DNA of 64,000 nucleotides from assembly GCA_951406725.2 (NCBI GenBank), contig OX597814.1:155682001-155746000 (forward strand), given 5' to 3'. The notes below the pieces were generated by a model. The model was not told where the DNA came from, did not search any database, and saw only the letters and a program-made list of their open reading frames with translations. The first letter of the stretch is position 1, and the number at the start of each line of letters is the position of its first letter. The DNA comes from Octopus vulgaris (taxonomy: Eukaryota). The position numbers and the translations under genes are program-made. This document shows positions 1 to 13,745 of this stretch, piece after piece.

Positions 1-2
1 CA

Positions 3-224
3 AAAGGAAAAGCTGCTGAGAATTACTGGCCAATTTCTTGCCTCACAGGAAGAATTGCAGAAGAACTGTACAAATTTCTTAATGAAAACGGCATGTTACC
101 AATGGAACAAAAAAGTTGTAGGAGGACATGCAGAGGTAGCAAAAACCAATTATCGATAGACAAAATGCTTATCCAAGATTCTAAACGAAAGAGAGCAAAT
201 TTGGAAATTGCCAGGATTGACTAT
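3..224 (+). pseudogene. Non-LTR retrotransposon reverse transcriptase fragment (R4/Dong-like), truncated by the window edge
   Basis: Frame from nt 3 reads KGKAAENYWPISCL-TGRIAEELYKFLNENGMLPMEQKSCRRTCRGSKNQLSIDKMLIQDSKRKRANLEIARIDY. This matches the RT N-terminal pattern NYRPIxCL...EQKGC...G.KDQLLID...NL..AWIDY. Homology stops at about nt 224. Confidence 0.8.
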
Positions 225-235
225 CTCAAAATAGA

Positions 236-487
236 GCGAATAATAAGAGAACCACAGTGCATAACAGGAGGACTGCAGTGAATAACAGTATGCCCGCAGC
301 GAATAACAGGACAAACGCAGCTAATAGCATCTGAACCGCAGCCAATAACAGAACGACCACAGCAAACAACAAGAAGACTGCAGTGAATAACAAGAGGGCC
401 GCAGCGAATAACAAGAGGGCTACAGCGAATAACAGGATGACCGCAGTCAATAAAAAGTGAACCACAGAGAATAATAAACAGCATGGA
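236..487. repeat. 21-bp minisatellite, about 12 diverged copies
   Basis: Units such as gcgaataacaagagggctaca, gtgaataacaagagggccgca and gcgaataacaggatgaccgca recur at 21-nt spacing. Confidence 0.9.
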
Positions 488-1258
488 CGTGTGAAGATAA
501 ATTAAATCTGAAACCATCACAAAGCAGGAATTAAGAATCCGCAAAAACAATGAAAGAAACGTATGTTATAATGTAAGCCATCTCAGGAAAATGAATTATT
601 ATTATTATATGGAGTACATATTTATGAAAATAGCTTCCCTCAGATGCATCGCCACAGCAAAATGTGCATGAAAATGTAAACATGTGGGCTGCAATGCCTC
701 TATACAGAAACTGCGAAACCGTGAGTAAACTTTTAATCCCATATGCATCCATATCTCTACAAATATACTATTCAGACAAACACTGCTGTTTCTTGGTTTC
801 TCGCTAATGCATCAATAATATTTATAAATTTTATACAAACCACAAACTGACGCGTTTTTATACAAACCACAAATACTGAACGCACGGGATTTAAATGTAT
901 TTAACTAAAGAGGTGACAAACCTCATCCCTCTGAACTGGAAAGGAACAACTATGAGAAACAAATGAGAAGGTATTAGTGAATTTGATCAAGTGAGCATCG
1001 GGCAATCACTATGCGAAAGAAACTTTAATACATCCAGAGGTAGTGTTTTGTCAAGAAGTTAATGCCGCAAAGGCGGACCCATCTCTCATTATCACTGCCC
1101 AAACGAATATCAAAAGCAAAACGACCGATAGACAGATAACAACGACTGCAATGAAGTGTTATACGCACTCTACAATATAACACGCCCCCCAAAAATACAA
1201 AAATAGCCTCATACAGTAAATACCCAAATGAAATTAACCCCCTTCCCCACAACATATG

Positions 1259-1563
1259 TGGAGGCACATGGCCTAGTGGTTAGCGCAGCGGACTCGCGGT
1301 CGAGGGATCACGAGTTCGAATCTCAGACCGGGCGATGTGTGTGTTTATGAGTCAAAAACCTAGGCTCCACGTCCCTCAAGCAGAAGGTAATGGCGAACTT
1401 CTGCTGACTCTTTCGCCACAACTTTCTCTCACTCTTTCCTCCTGCATCTTGCAGCTCATCTGCGACGGACCGACGTCCCGTTCAGGTGGAGAAACTATAC
1501 GCCAAGGAAAGCGGGAAACCGTTCTTATGAGCCAGGCGTGGTTCGAGAAGGAACAAACAACAA
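1259..1563 (+). mobile_element. tRNA-derived SINE (family A), full length with 13-bp TSD
   Basis: Pol III A box tggcctagtgg and B box agttcgaatc; core ggaccgacgtcccgttcaggtgg; (caa)n tail; TSD cccacaacatatg at 1246-1258 and 1564-1576. Confidence 0.9.
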
Positions 1564-2170
1564 CCCACAACATATGCCATAGTGGTCCGATACCCAACGG
1601 AAGAACACAAACAACAAGCAATGCAAATGCTAATGAAACAGAAGACTTAAATGAAACCCCATAACAAAACATACTGATGCAATGCAACGCTTTCCAAACT
1701 GAAAAAAAGTGCCGCACACACCTCACCAGTAAGTGAAGCAACGGAAAGTTAATATTTGTATATGTTTGCTAGTTCCAGTAGGTGGATTATTGAACTGTTG
1801 TTTCATTTTGTTATTATTAATGCAGTACATAAACTGCTCTAAAGACTCTCTAGACGCTTACATGCATATAAATGCACTTTTGCCCAAAGCAGTGGCAATA
1901 AATTCGAGTAACAGTGAACCTAATTAATGATCATAATTTGCCTTAAGGTATGGATGAATTAAATTTAGCTCTAACTTCCCCATTCTTATAAAACAGCAAG
2001 TAGCTATTTTATTGATCTAAATAAATGAAGCTATATCTTTTAATTTGCTGCGTTTCTTTACACGAACTAAGGAGATGTCTTACATAACTGTTATTTTAAC
2101 GAGTTATATTTAGCACCCAAAGAGACACATCTACACCATCAGATGCTCCTGATCCAGTTCTTAGGTATTC

Positions 2171-2215
2171 CACTCGTGAAGGATCGATGCTAGATGGGTC
2201 GAAACAATCGTAGTG
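2171..2215 (+). ncRNA. Degenerate hammerhead-ribozyme-like motif in a pLTR-like repeat
   Basis: 3' half gtc-gaaac-aatc-gta-gtg closely resembles that of the intact HHR at 39243-39285. The 5' CUGANGA core is decayed (cactcgtgaag). A sister copy lies at 25401-25444. Confidence 0.4.
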
Positions 2216-4086
2216 ATTAATAAAAATTCTAGTATATTCCATCTTCCGTCTCTCTCATTAACCAAATACACAGCAAACACAGTGAAAGTGAGTGTGTGTG
2301 TGTTCGTGTGTGTGTGTGTTCGTGTATGTATGTGTGTCTGTCTGTTCGTGTGTATATTACAAACAAAGAATTAACGAAATAGAAATTGAATTCGGATATT
2401 GATAAAGTAATAAAAAGTATATCAATTTTAAAACAAAGACACTACAAGTTCATCGATGTCACCTTACAGCTACGCACAGTCATAAACACACATATAGTTC
2501 ATCTAAGAACATATGTATTCTGTTTCTGCATATACAAAGTAAAAACAGTGAAGAAACAGTGAACAAAGAAAAAAAGACACAAAGTTATTTCTAAATTTTA
2601 TGGTTTGCCATATTTAAAATTCGAAGTAAAAACACTTATATAAATAATTAATTGTTCTTTGCGAACTTTGTTTGCATATTTGATAATATTGTTATATACA
2701 CATTCGCACGTATTTCTTAGTATTGACATTCTTTTACACATACACACAAACACAAATACACACTCGTACATGTGTGTGTGAATGTGAGAGGCGGATACAT
2801 ACATACATGCATACATAATACATACATGCATGCATACATACATACATACATACATACATACATACATAAATATGTATGACACTAGCATATACATTGAAAT
2901 CTCTTAAACTCGTTTTGTATATACAATGGCACAGAGCCTGATATTTGTTGCATTATGTTTTCAATACAACAGATCAATCACCGTACTTAGCTACATTCAG
3001 CATTATTTTCACAATACAAATTATCTACCAGCGCATACAACCATATTCAAGACTAGACTTGTCAAGACATCAGATATATCACCACATACAACAACATTTA
3101 CTACAGTATTGTCAATAAAAATAAATCTGCCTCATCATCCATCAACCTTAAATATTTTGTGCTTAATACTATAGACCAATCATCACATCGCACAACATCA
3201 ACCACTTCACTGATAATGCAATAGACTTCTGACCATATCTAACAACATTAACCACAATACTGTAAAGACTGTAGGCCTATCACAAGTTGCCACAAAGCAT
3301 GACACAAGAACACAAAAGGACACATGCTCATTTTCCAGCAAGACGATGAGTAGGGACACCTAAAAACTCGAAAAATGCTTCGGTGGCATAGAGATAACAA
3401 ACATACATTTAAAACACTTACCAGCTGAAAGTGTTATTTGCTAACATGTACAACTGTTTCTACCAACTTTGTTAAATTTCCGGTTCAGTGAGGCAGTTCA
3501 TAACAAATCGAATGCTTAAGAAAACGTCAATCGAAGTAATCCCGTATATAACTATTCCTCTAATATGCACACATTCCAAAATGTGAAAGACTAATCCCTA
3601 ACATCATTACCTCACATACATCTCTTCTCAAGATCACAATTAAAATGCAGACCACAATACACAACTATCACACTAGTGAAGACTTACATCAACGAAAATA
3701 TGATGGCGAAAGCATCAAAAGTCTACCCATATGAACCATTTTAAACAACATCAATATAGTAAAAGATGCTTCCAAGTCTCCCATTTTGCATTTATACAAA
3801 ATTACTCAACGCCACCACGTATGTGTGTGTGGGTGTGTGTCTGTGTGTCTGTGTCTGTCTCTGTATGTGTAGATACTACTTAATTTCTTTTTGATGTGAC
3901 GGACCATCAAAAGTGATATTATATCAAATACAAAAAGAATACAAATATAATGGGACTTACAAACAACATTTATATAATATTCACAATATTCATAAAAGAC
4001 TAAATAGAGAGAGAGAGCCACTTGGCGTACGAACATACTTAGGAAATTCTAGTACCGCATTTGGTCAACAGAATCAACAGCGTTTT

Positions 4087-4103
4087 ATGTATGTATGTAT
4101 GTA

Positions 4104-4149
<46 letters not shown>

Positions 4150-4165
4150 TGTGTGTGTGTGTGTA
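4087..4165. repeat. (GTAT)n/(GT)n microsatellite
   Basis: Seen directly in the sequence. Confidence 0.95.
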
Positions 4166-4184
4166 TCTGTCTGTAGCTACTGCT

Positions 4185-4515
4185 TACGTGCCTTTGCTTA
4201 TGGCGGATCATCAAAAATGATTATATTGACGATCCAAGACATTCATCCTCCCTCACGTCTAGCACATTGTTTCTCATGGGAGCGTATACGGCTGACAAGA
4301 GCGATACGAGATTCTGTGGCCCTGAGAGCTCTGAGAGTGATCCCGAACATTAGCTTCGTGGAGTTGAATACGATGTCGCCTCCTCTCTTCATACATTCGG
4401 TTTCAAAGTGTTCTACTCCAGTATCACGCATAAACCTCCATGTCCCCAGATTAAGAGCCAACCGATTGGTGGGGGGGACACCACATATAATGAGAGATTA
4501 CTTGATATGACCATG
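4185..4515 (-). mobile_element. RTE-clade LINE 3' fragment (ORF2 C-terminus)
   Basis: Minus frame LALNLGTWRFMRDTGVEHFETE...SRIALVSRIRSH matches the RTE C-terminal pattern LA.DR..WR.....G...FE...SRIGL.SH.R.H. Confidence 0.7.
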
Positions 4516-6051
4516 AAAATGAAGTTATGGATGTCCATGTCTTGATCACACATTCGCTACAAGTTAATTTTACCAACCCAGTCGAAAGCGACCGAAATGA
4601 CGTAATCATATTTTGATGAGAATTTCAGCGCAAATTTTCTTAGTAAATTCGTAAAAACACGTGATTTCACCATGTACACATTTGAGCTACACTGTCTGAT
4701 ATCTGTGCGTGGTGAATTTTTGGTGAATTGTTTTCATTGTTTTCCACTTCGATTTTCTGAAACGTTTCACTATGGTCGAAAGCTAGAAACTAGTTTCATA
4801 TTGTCAAGAAGCGAGTTTGATTTTGAAAGGAGACAAAAAAATCTAACAAAATATGCGACAAACATAAAAATCACGTGTGTGATTATGAATTGGATATTTC
4901 TCTTCCAGAAAGGAAACAATTGTGACAACAGATCTGATAGATAGAAAAAATGAATTTGTACCTGAATATAGTAGGTATTTCAAAAACGCTTTCCTTAGAT
5001 ATTTTTAGCAAGATATTAGATCCAACCCCAGTCTTTTGAAAGAAACTAAACTAAGATTATTTTAACCTTTTCCTTTGAAGCAATTACCGTGGAAACAAAT
5101 CAATACGCAGAACATCAACAAAAAGGAAAATAAAAAAGATAGTTTCAAGTTTACCCACATACACGTAAGAAAGTTAGAATTTGAGCATTTTTAGGAAAAT
5201 TCTGTGTATATTGCGCGCGCGCCCGTTTGTAAATAGGAAATGCTGTCTGGTAAGAAATATGCGTCCCAACCACAGCTCGGATACATTTTGGTTATAAATA
5301 CAGTAACGAAAGGAGCTTAAACATACGACACAGAAAAGAACGATAAATTCTGAGCTGTGTGCCAAAATCTCTGTGAAAGTAGATTAAAATCCACACTTGA
5401 TGGGATTTTAAATTTATTTCTTTTGGCTGTGCGACTACTTTCGCTTTTAAATGTACATCTCCCATACTCACCACAACCCCTCCCCTTTATTATCATTACC
5501 ATCATCATCATCTTCATCATTATATCCTTCTTGCTAATTCTCTGATATAGTTAAAACCTCTTTCAGCCAACTCCGAAAACATGATAAAACAAGATGGCTA
5601 CTAAATTAGAAGTATACTTGTTAGCAGAAATTCCTCATTATGTATTGTACTACTTAAACTTACATCGACAAATGCTAATTACATGTTTCTTTTCAAAATT
5701 GATTTACGGAATAAGTTGTTCTATAACCGCAGGTCAACCAGATTAATACTATTCAAATAATTACTATGCTGTTATTATTTTAATTTTAAATTGATTTTGA
5801 TAAACTACAGAGAGATTAAGTGCAAAATTTATTAACCATATAAACATGCATTAATATAAATACATAGAGCAATACATATAGCAATGCCGAAATTCTTCAA
5901 GTACAGAAAATCCTGACTTCACGATGGTAACATCGATGTGCGGGTTTGGCGAAGAGTAACTTATAATCCAAATGATAAAACAAAGAATTTCTTTAACACA
6001 GTTTTAATGATTTGCTAGAGAATCTGTTTGCCTTCTTATTATATATGCATA

Positions 6052-6055
<4 letters not shown>

Positions 6056-6117
<62 letters not shown>

Positions 6118-6181
6118 TATAGATTTATAAACATAAATCTGTCCTCGAATATCTTACCCATCATATATATATTAGTTTATG

Positions 6182-6215
<34 letters not shown>
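6056..6215. repeat. (TA)n and (GT)n microsatellites
   Basis: Seen directly in the sequence. Confidence 0.95.
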
Positions 6216-6218
<3 letters not shown>

Positions 6219-6352
6219 GTGGATGCTTGTGCGTCTTTGTTTGCCCCCACTATCACTTGACAACCGATTTTGGTGCGTTTATGTCCCCGTAAATTAGCGG
6301 TTGGGCAAAAAGTGACCGATAGAATAAGAACTAAGCTTACAAAGAATAAGTA
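6200..6352 (+). mobile_element. SINE family B, internal/3' fragment
   Basis: cttgacaaccg...tttatgtccccgt...gaccgatagaataag...ttacaaagaataagt is shared with the copy at 58060-58483. Confidence 0.8.
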
Positions 6353-6377
6353 TGTACAAACATACATACATATATCT

Positions 6378-6558
6378 TTTATCCTTTATTTTTTTCAGTT
6401 ATTTGACTGCGGCTAAGCTGAGGCACAGCCTTGAAGGTCTTTAGTCGAACAAATCGATCCTAAAACTTATCAGCCCGACCGACACTATAGTAGAAGACAT
6501 TTGACCAAGATGTCACACAGTGGGAGTGAAACCGAAACCATGTATTTGGGAAGCAAGG
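6378..6558 (-). mobile_element. SINE family B, internally deleted copy
   Basis: tttcagttatttgactgcggc...tagtagaagacatttgaccaagatgtcacacagtggga is the reverse complement of family B ends. Confidence 0.7.
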
Positions 6559-9500
6559 CCTTGGTATTTATATGTTAATATATTTATATTTATGTCTATG
6601 CGCTTAAGACGTCATTAGTATTGCTTACACCCAATGCATTGCATATTTAAACTCGTGCTCAGCAGATTATAGAAAATTGCTCAATATTAAGTAAATTTTA
6701 ACTATATTTAAACAATGCAATTAAGAGAAATAAATATATATTTTATATAATTCAATAAGCATCAAATGATATCTTTATATTTACATGTATATACAAACAG
6801 AATGCAACCAAATAATTTTCGAAAAAAAGTTTTAAATTATGCATTTCCATATTCTTCGCAAAACACATGTTGAGATATGACATTACTATGATGTTTTGTA
6901 ATATAAACATGATGCTCAAAAAGCATTTTAAACGTGAAATATCATAAGAGACGAATATTTATATCAGCTTTATACCGAATCGGTATTGAGGGCATTTGTG
7001 AAAGACATGCAAAAGAAAAATGGAATGGCTGCTTAAGAGAATAACAATACATGTTACAGTAATTCGAAATAAACATTAAAGTTATTACTATACTAAGGAA
7101 AAGTTAATAAGTCATAATAACAAGTACTAAAGAACTGAAATGTATGAGAAAAGATGGCGCTGGAAACAACCTGGTGATTGAAAGAGAATTTAGCATGACG
7201 TTTGTAGAATGCGCTGGATCAAGAAACATTTTTGCATTCGTACTGCAAAAACTGAAACAAACGAAAGGATTTTAAACAGAATGCTAATGTCGTGAGGTGT
7301 CTAATATAAGGTTTTATTCGACTGCTGAGTAGCAAGAATCAACTTGAGTAGAAGCTGATAAATATATAAAACATTAAAAACTAAAAGTTAAGGATGTGAA
7401 GGAAACTCAAAATAACTACAGTCTAAAAATAACAAACAATTCTCAGTCTCAGGAAGAAAGTATCACAGCATAGACTGTTTTTATCTTCTCAGAGACAGAA
7501 GGTGCTACAGTCGATGTTTGCCATAGTGAGTAGACAATATAGTTGCTAAATCTTATTCCTTGCGATATACTCTTCAATATAACAATTCTACTTTCTTATT
7601 CCCAATCTTTCTTTTTGTATCTCAGACTCTATACTGCTCTTTCTCACAAACATAAGACATATTCGTTGGCATAGTTAGCTGTGCCACTGTAGAAGTGATG
7701 AAGAAATAACTCACTCTCAGACACATAATTGTCTTTCTTTGAGAGTGCATTCATTCCTTTACACGTTAGACATACAATATTACACTACAACAGTTTCGTG
7801 CCCATTTTACCTTGTGTAGAGATAGTGGGAGTAGATAGCAATGCGTGGAATTCAACCTTTCACGCATTTCACGTCACTAAAACGTTCGATTATCTGCGTG
7901 AAACTCGAGTGATTAAGAACAGTGAGTTCAAATGAAAGTAGCATATTTAAAACTAGATCGAGTTAATATTTTGTTTTGTATATAGCATTATGAAGGTGAC
8001 ACCAAGAAAGTGGTTTGCCAGCTGAATATTAAATTTTCTAAATAAAACTTACTTGAAAATATTGTTACAGTTTCACTTACATTTCAAACATCAATTCTCT
8101 CTACACGTTGGAAAAACGCCATGAAATTAGTCCTTTTACTCTGCCAAATTTATAAATCCATATATAGATAACTTTTGTTTAAGAAGTTCAAGCCATCGAA
8201 TAGCAACGACAGTAATACACTTTCTTCAGTTTTATTCCAGTATAATGCCAAAATGTGCTTTAGAGCGGTTTGGAGAGAATCTGAACTCATAGAGAGATAC
8301 AGTTTATTATGGCATTTAATTTATCTCCAACTTTAAATCTAAATCGCCAACTTCATTCGTATGTCTGTTGTAAGATTCTTTCATTACAAAAGTAACCTTT
8401 GAACATTATATAATGCCTATTAATAACCTAAATACGATATAAATTTTCTTATTCAACAGAAGCAGTTCTTTCGAAATAATAATTGTGGTTAACATCTAAA
8501 AATAGCAATTCTTAACTATAAACATATTAGAATCCCGTGTTAAAAGTTTTAGTAATTAACTGAGTATGAGGTTTATCTAAAAAAGAAACATAGGGACATC
8601 AGAAAAAACGAATGTGGACATAAAAATAATATTATTGCATATTATTTCAATAATCAGAAAATATGAATAGTCGAATAAAACACAACTTACGAAAACAAGT
8701 TTCGGCTTGCTAGTTTAATCGTTGAAGATAAGACAAAATAAAATTTTCTGCACTAAATCATGAATTTGACTGCGCCAGATTTCTTATTGACTTTCAAGAT
8801 TTCAGGTCAAAATTAAAAACAAATAAATATATAACTATCAGATATTGGATTCGAAAACATCGACATCATCACAACATATTTTCTAATGATAAAAAACCAC
8901 CAGTCTTTCAGAATAATTCTACGAGTGGCTGGTGGAACAGTTTAACAATGCTGAAAACTCTCCTACAATGGTGTTGACTGCGAAGGTAGAGATCCCGTGA
9001 AAGATAACCGAAAAGAAGATAGCAGAGATTCTTTGAAGGTATTAAGTCATATTTACTCACGGATCAATTAAAATAGAGAAAGAATATTTAGATGCAACTT
9101 ATGCATCTAAATATGCATTTACAAAAGTTAATTCATCTTCCCGCGTATAATTATAAGTTAAACCAGAGAAAAGTATTTACTTCATCATTTAGGAAATGGC
9201 GCATAGATTTCCAGTGTTATTTTGCGTGGGGTTTGTCAGGCATTGGCTGGTGATGATAAAGAAATAATTTTTTGTTGCTAGGATTAGAGTCTCTATAAAA
9301 ATTGACTTTAGCTATGACAGTTACATTTTAAATAGTAGCGTGTAGCACTATAAATTGCAATAGCCAACAAAGAAGCTGTGACAAGTAAAAGCAGTTAAAT
9401 CAAGACTAAATGGGAATAACAAAAATAACAGGAACAGCAACACAGAAGAAAAATAGAAACAAGCAATACAGAAAATTGTGAAGATGCGAACAAAAGGCAA

Positions 9501-9977
9501 GTTCCTACACTCGCATCATCTACAAAGTATTTGAAGAGCTGTGTTGTTTTTCCCAAGAGAGCTGAGCTGTTCTTCCAAGGAGAGTGCTGTTGTTCTCGAA
9601 CATCTTCGAAAACATTTAAATTTCCATATAGTTATAATTACATATCCAATTCGTGAACCAATCAGGTAAATTCTATATGGTTGCACTCTATTCTATTAAA
9701 AACAGACAATTCTCTTCCCAGCTGTATAACGTCTTCCAATCATACTATTCAACCATTTTTAAGCAACAATATATTTTAATAGGTGTTCCTTTGCATCTCG
9801 ATCTTACCCATCGTTTGAGAATTATGCTGTTTTATCTAGAACATAGCGAAACATTTCTGGTAGGATACGAATCATGGATCATTTGGTTACTCATCCTGAA
9901 TGCAATTATCGTTTTTATTGATAAGCATTTCTGATACTCAGCCATTTTGGTCTACATTTTATTGCAATGAATAATCC

Positions 9978-10184
9978 TTTCTACTGTAGGCACAAGGCCT
10001 GAAATTTCTCGGCAAGCGGTAAGTCGATCAAATCGCCCCGAGTACTTGACTGGTACTTAATTTGTCGAGCCCGAAAAGATGAAAAGCAAAGTCGACCTCG
10101 GTGGAATTTGAACTCCGGACGTAGCGACGGGCAAAATACCGCTAAGCATTTTGTCCAGCGCGCTAATGATTCCACTAACTCGCC
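9978..10184 (-). mobile_element. tRNA-derived SINE family C (Nin-domain-like core)
   Basis: gatgaaaagcaaagtcgacctcggtggaatttgaactc...gctaagcattt...ctcgcc is the reverse complement of the family C head and core. Confidence 0.85.
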
Positions 10185-11339
10185 GAGTTTTTATGGCGAT
10201 GAATAATGTTTTATTGGATAACGCAATGTTAACCGACATAAGTTAAATAAGTAGTTAAATGTTTAAAGCCATTTAGCAAAATAATAATATCCAAACAATT
10301 AGCTGCAAGTATTATATGTACTGTCATTTATCAAAATGATGCATTAAGTTTCCAATGTTTAAACATGGTTCTAAAATATTTGCTTAACACGAAATTGAGC
10401 ATATACTCAATAAACACTAACTTATGGATGATAAGTTTTTATAGAGTGGACCGCTAATTTCGAAATATTTGCTTAATTATTTAGACCCTCAAAACATAAT
10501 TTAAGCATCTGAGATATTTCTAAACACTGGTTGAAGAAAACAGATAAAATTCTTAGAATAAAACCCAAACTTTTCATTCCGTATATTTGCTTGACTAAAA
10601 TTTATATTCTTACTTTCATAGGTAAGATATTTATCTGTAATTTATTATACATTACTCTGCTTCACTTACATTATAGTTCAAACTTCTGTTTATTTTATTT
10701 TATTATTTTTTTTTTTGTATTTCACTAAATATCTGGCTATCATTTCAATCGTAGTAGTATTAATTTCTATTATTAGTTTCGTCTTAATCTTCATTCAAAA
10801 CGAATCATTTTACCGAGGTTATTATGATAAAAACGCATCAATGCATGACATTTGTTTGAAGTGAAGTTACAATTATGAATTATGTATATTACCTAACGTA
10901 TTCGTTCCTTTAAATTATGTAACCTACTACGTTAAAGACTAAATTCTCAATGATTCTTTTCAAATTTGCAAAAAAAGAGAGGAAAGAAAAGAAAAAATCT
11001 ATTAATATATTATGATGTGAGATTCACGACGTTCTTAGTTAGAGACCAGTCAAATATGACAGATGTAGATGCACAAAAGTCTGTGATACTAATACGGAGG
11101 ATTCGCAAGTTTGACAGCCTTGATATTATAAGCGAGTGCGATCAACATTTATAAAGTTTAAGATAACATTCTTTAAACGTTGGTAAGAGCGGAAACCTTC
11201 TTTTATATTAGAAGGGATTAGATGTATAATGATAAAAGACACTGTCTTGGAAGTGATTTTTACGATATAAATTCAGGACGAAACTAAATACACACACGCA
11301 CCCTCACATTTATATATGCATACATAAATAAAACTTACA

Positions 11340-11369
11340 TGATACATACATACATACACACACACACAC

Positions 11370-11461
<92 letters not shown>

Positions 11462-11462
11462 G
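11340..11462. repeat. Compound (CA)n/(TA)n/(TG)n microsatellite
   Basis: Seen directly in the sequence. Confidence 0.95.
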
Positions 11463-11507
11463 TATAAAGTATTGAAGATAAATGCAGGTGCTATACAAAT
11501 CTTTATA

Positions 11508-11594
11508 CTTCCGACATATGTTTCGAAGAAAACATTGGTATTATTCCAGAGGGAATAAAATGATGTAAAATAATGCGATCCTCTCATCAGGAAA
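11508..11594 (-). ncRNA. Type I hammerhead ribozyme with long stem II insert
   Basis: Minus strand reads UUUC-CUGAUGA-GAGGA...(~50 nt)...UCUUC-GAAAC-AUAU-GUC/GGAA. Core intact, stem III palindromic (ACAUAUGU), cleavage triplet GUC. Confidence 0.75.
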
Positions 11595-11916
11595 ACACAC
11601 ACACACATCAGTAAGTCATTTTAACCGAATGTGATGACTGCGTATATGATGAAAGGAACGCTGGTAAGTTATTTTATTTTAAACCGATAACCGATAAAGC
11701 AATTTAAAGAAAGTGGAGGAGAGAGGAGGAGAAAGAAAATATCAGAAAATTAAGAGTGAAGAAATGTAGTGCGATAGGTGAATGAGAATAAAGTTTAAAA
11801 GCGTGGAAATAGTTATATTTAGTGGAAATTAAATGCAAGAAGACAGTTAATGGGGGAATTTTATATATTGGTAGAAATTACTTATAGGAACTAAAGGTAG
11901 GTTTTTGCCAATGTTT

Positions 11917-12270
11917 TCAACGATAAACGCGTTCTTTAAACGTGTTTACAAGAGAATTATCTCTGAACAGGATGTGATAGAGTTCTTCGATACAGAGTGG
12001 ACAGGAAGATTTACCTTTATCATGTGGAAAGGACCTAGAAAGTATATTCCATTCCAAATCAATTTTTTTATTATGTTCATTCAGAAACCAAATTAATTTA
12101 CTAAGCCGAGTATTGTTGCGTTTATTGATATGTCTACATGTAGAGTAATGGTTAGGTATTCTTTTGGACAACTGAGATGAAGAACTACCTATGTAAAAAC
12201 AGACATCAGAAACGGAAATAATTTGACACTGATAAACAGAGTTTCTAATCTTAGATTTACTGCTAAGGAA
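11917..12270 (-). pseudogene. Penelope-type GIY-YIG endonuclease domain remnant
   Basis: Reads NSVYQCQIISVSDVCFYIGSSSSQLSKRIPNHYSTCRH...TRLSKLIWFL...LEWNIL...CPLCIEELYHI...LVN. Contains the VY...YIG, R..NH, LS..IW.L and C.LC..E motifs. Confidence 0.88.
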
Positions 12271-12371
12271 ACGAATGCGATTAAAAAGTAACTTGCCAGT
12301 GTTCCGTTCATCATATACGCAGTCATCACATTCAGTTAAAATGCCTTATTGATGTATGTCGCTCCTTTTTT

Positions 12372-12458
12372 TACCATGACGAGAAGATCGCATTGTTTTA
12401 CATCATTTTATTCCCTCTGGAATAATACCAATGTTTTCTTCGAAACATATGTCGGAAG
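12372..12458 (+). ncRNA. Inverted copy of the same hammerhead, core mutated
   Basis: tacc-atgacga-gaaga...ttcttc-gaaacatatgtc-ggaag; the CUGANGA core reads AUGACGA. Confidence 0.55.
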
Positions 12459-13063
12459 TATAAAGATTTATACTGCGTTTAACTTCATTTCTTTATTCAT
12501 CTGTTATACAAAAGTATTTCACTAAACCCTGGAATTTTTACCTTTATACATTGGCTGTATCATATTTGGCACTTTTGTGAATTTTTTGCTACCCTGGTAA
12601 CTATTTATTTATTTTTCCGTGTTATTTGTACATATTGAAAATATACACACACCAACACATTTAATTTGGGAAGCAGATACATATATGTTCGAATAGCGAG
12701 AAATGGAAGTCAGATAACCTTGCACTGTCTTCAAGGCTAAACAATGTCAACAAAGCATTTTTCTATTCAGCGCCTGCAGAATCAGTATCAATTAGTAATA
12801 GCGTCAATTCAAACGACTACACCCTCCTCTTTCTGTATATTTCTATATGAAACAAAAGAAAATATACTTGCACCATTTGAAATATTTTTTTGAGAATAGA
12901 TGTAGCAGTTTAATATTAAGTTATTTGTAAAACTTTACGCTCAGTGAAATATTGACATATGTGTCTATTTTACTTATGTTACATACATACATACACACTT
13001 ACATACATACAGACATACTTACGTACATACATACACACATACATATATACATGCATGCATACA

Positions 13064-13099
<36 letters not shown>

Positions 13100-13594
13100 T
13101 TTACATATATATGTATATGCATCTAACACGCAGAAACACACATACACACAAATATTTATTTATGTACATATATACACACACACGCGCGCATATGTATGTG
13201 TATGTGTGTATGTTAGTTGTGTAAGAATTTACATACGCTGAGTGAAAATTAATTAAATAAAACAATAGATATCAATCCCGCTACTTTGAATTATTAGCAT
13301 TTGTAGAATTGCCTGTTTTCTTTATTAATGTTCATCGAAGCCCTGTAATAAGATTGATATGAGAAGATATCCCTTACCTATAAATTCTATTTTATTATGA
13401 ATTTGCATATATTTGCTTCTTTCTATAAATCTATTTATCCATCTATCTTTATGTATATTGATCAACGACCAAAAATACAACACGCTTAAAAAAATATTTG
13501 CATTAAGTTAGACATGGCCTGGACCAATCTTTGGTCGAAACATATCTAAGTTTATTTATTTATATGATAGACAACCATTTGCAAAATTAGAAGA

Positions 13595-13745
13595 CTGGTG
13601 CAGGCCAAAGAAGTTTCCATTCAAATGACGGGTTCAGTATCATTGTACTGTATCTTGAACAGCTGTTATTAGCATATGTCTGAGATCGAGCCAAGAACTG
13701 TGCATAGAATTAGATAGACGGAAACTGTTTAGAAACGCATCAGAT
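13595..13745 (+). mobile_element. Highly decayed SINE family B
   Basis: gggttcagt...tcttgaac...tagacggaaactg matches family B segments. Confidence 0.5.

Larger units (their letters stand above)
11497..12469 (-). mobile_element. 5'-truncated Penelope-like element with inverted pseudo-LTRs
   Basis: Inverted repeats of about 180 bp (11497-11675 vs 12284-12469) enclose a GIY-YIG fragment, and the repeats carry a hammerhead motif. Confidence 0.9.

Noticed and set aside
226-465. Hydrophobic membrane-like ORF and overlapping Cys-repeat ORF
   Set aside because: Both are by-products of the 21-bp minisatellite, with no independent evidence of coding.
236-487. Regularly spaced repeats resembling a CRISPR array
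   Set aside because: Units are contiguous with no unique spacers, no cas genes are present, and the context is eukaryotic.
1259-1332. Possible tRNA gene (also at 59605 and 60080)
   Set aside because: The tRNA-like heads continue into SINE bodies bounded by TSDs and lack a clean cloverleaf.
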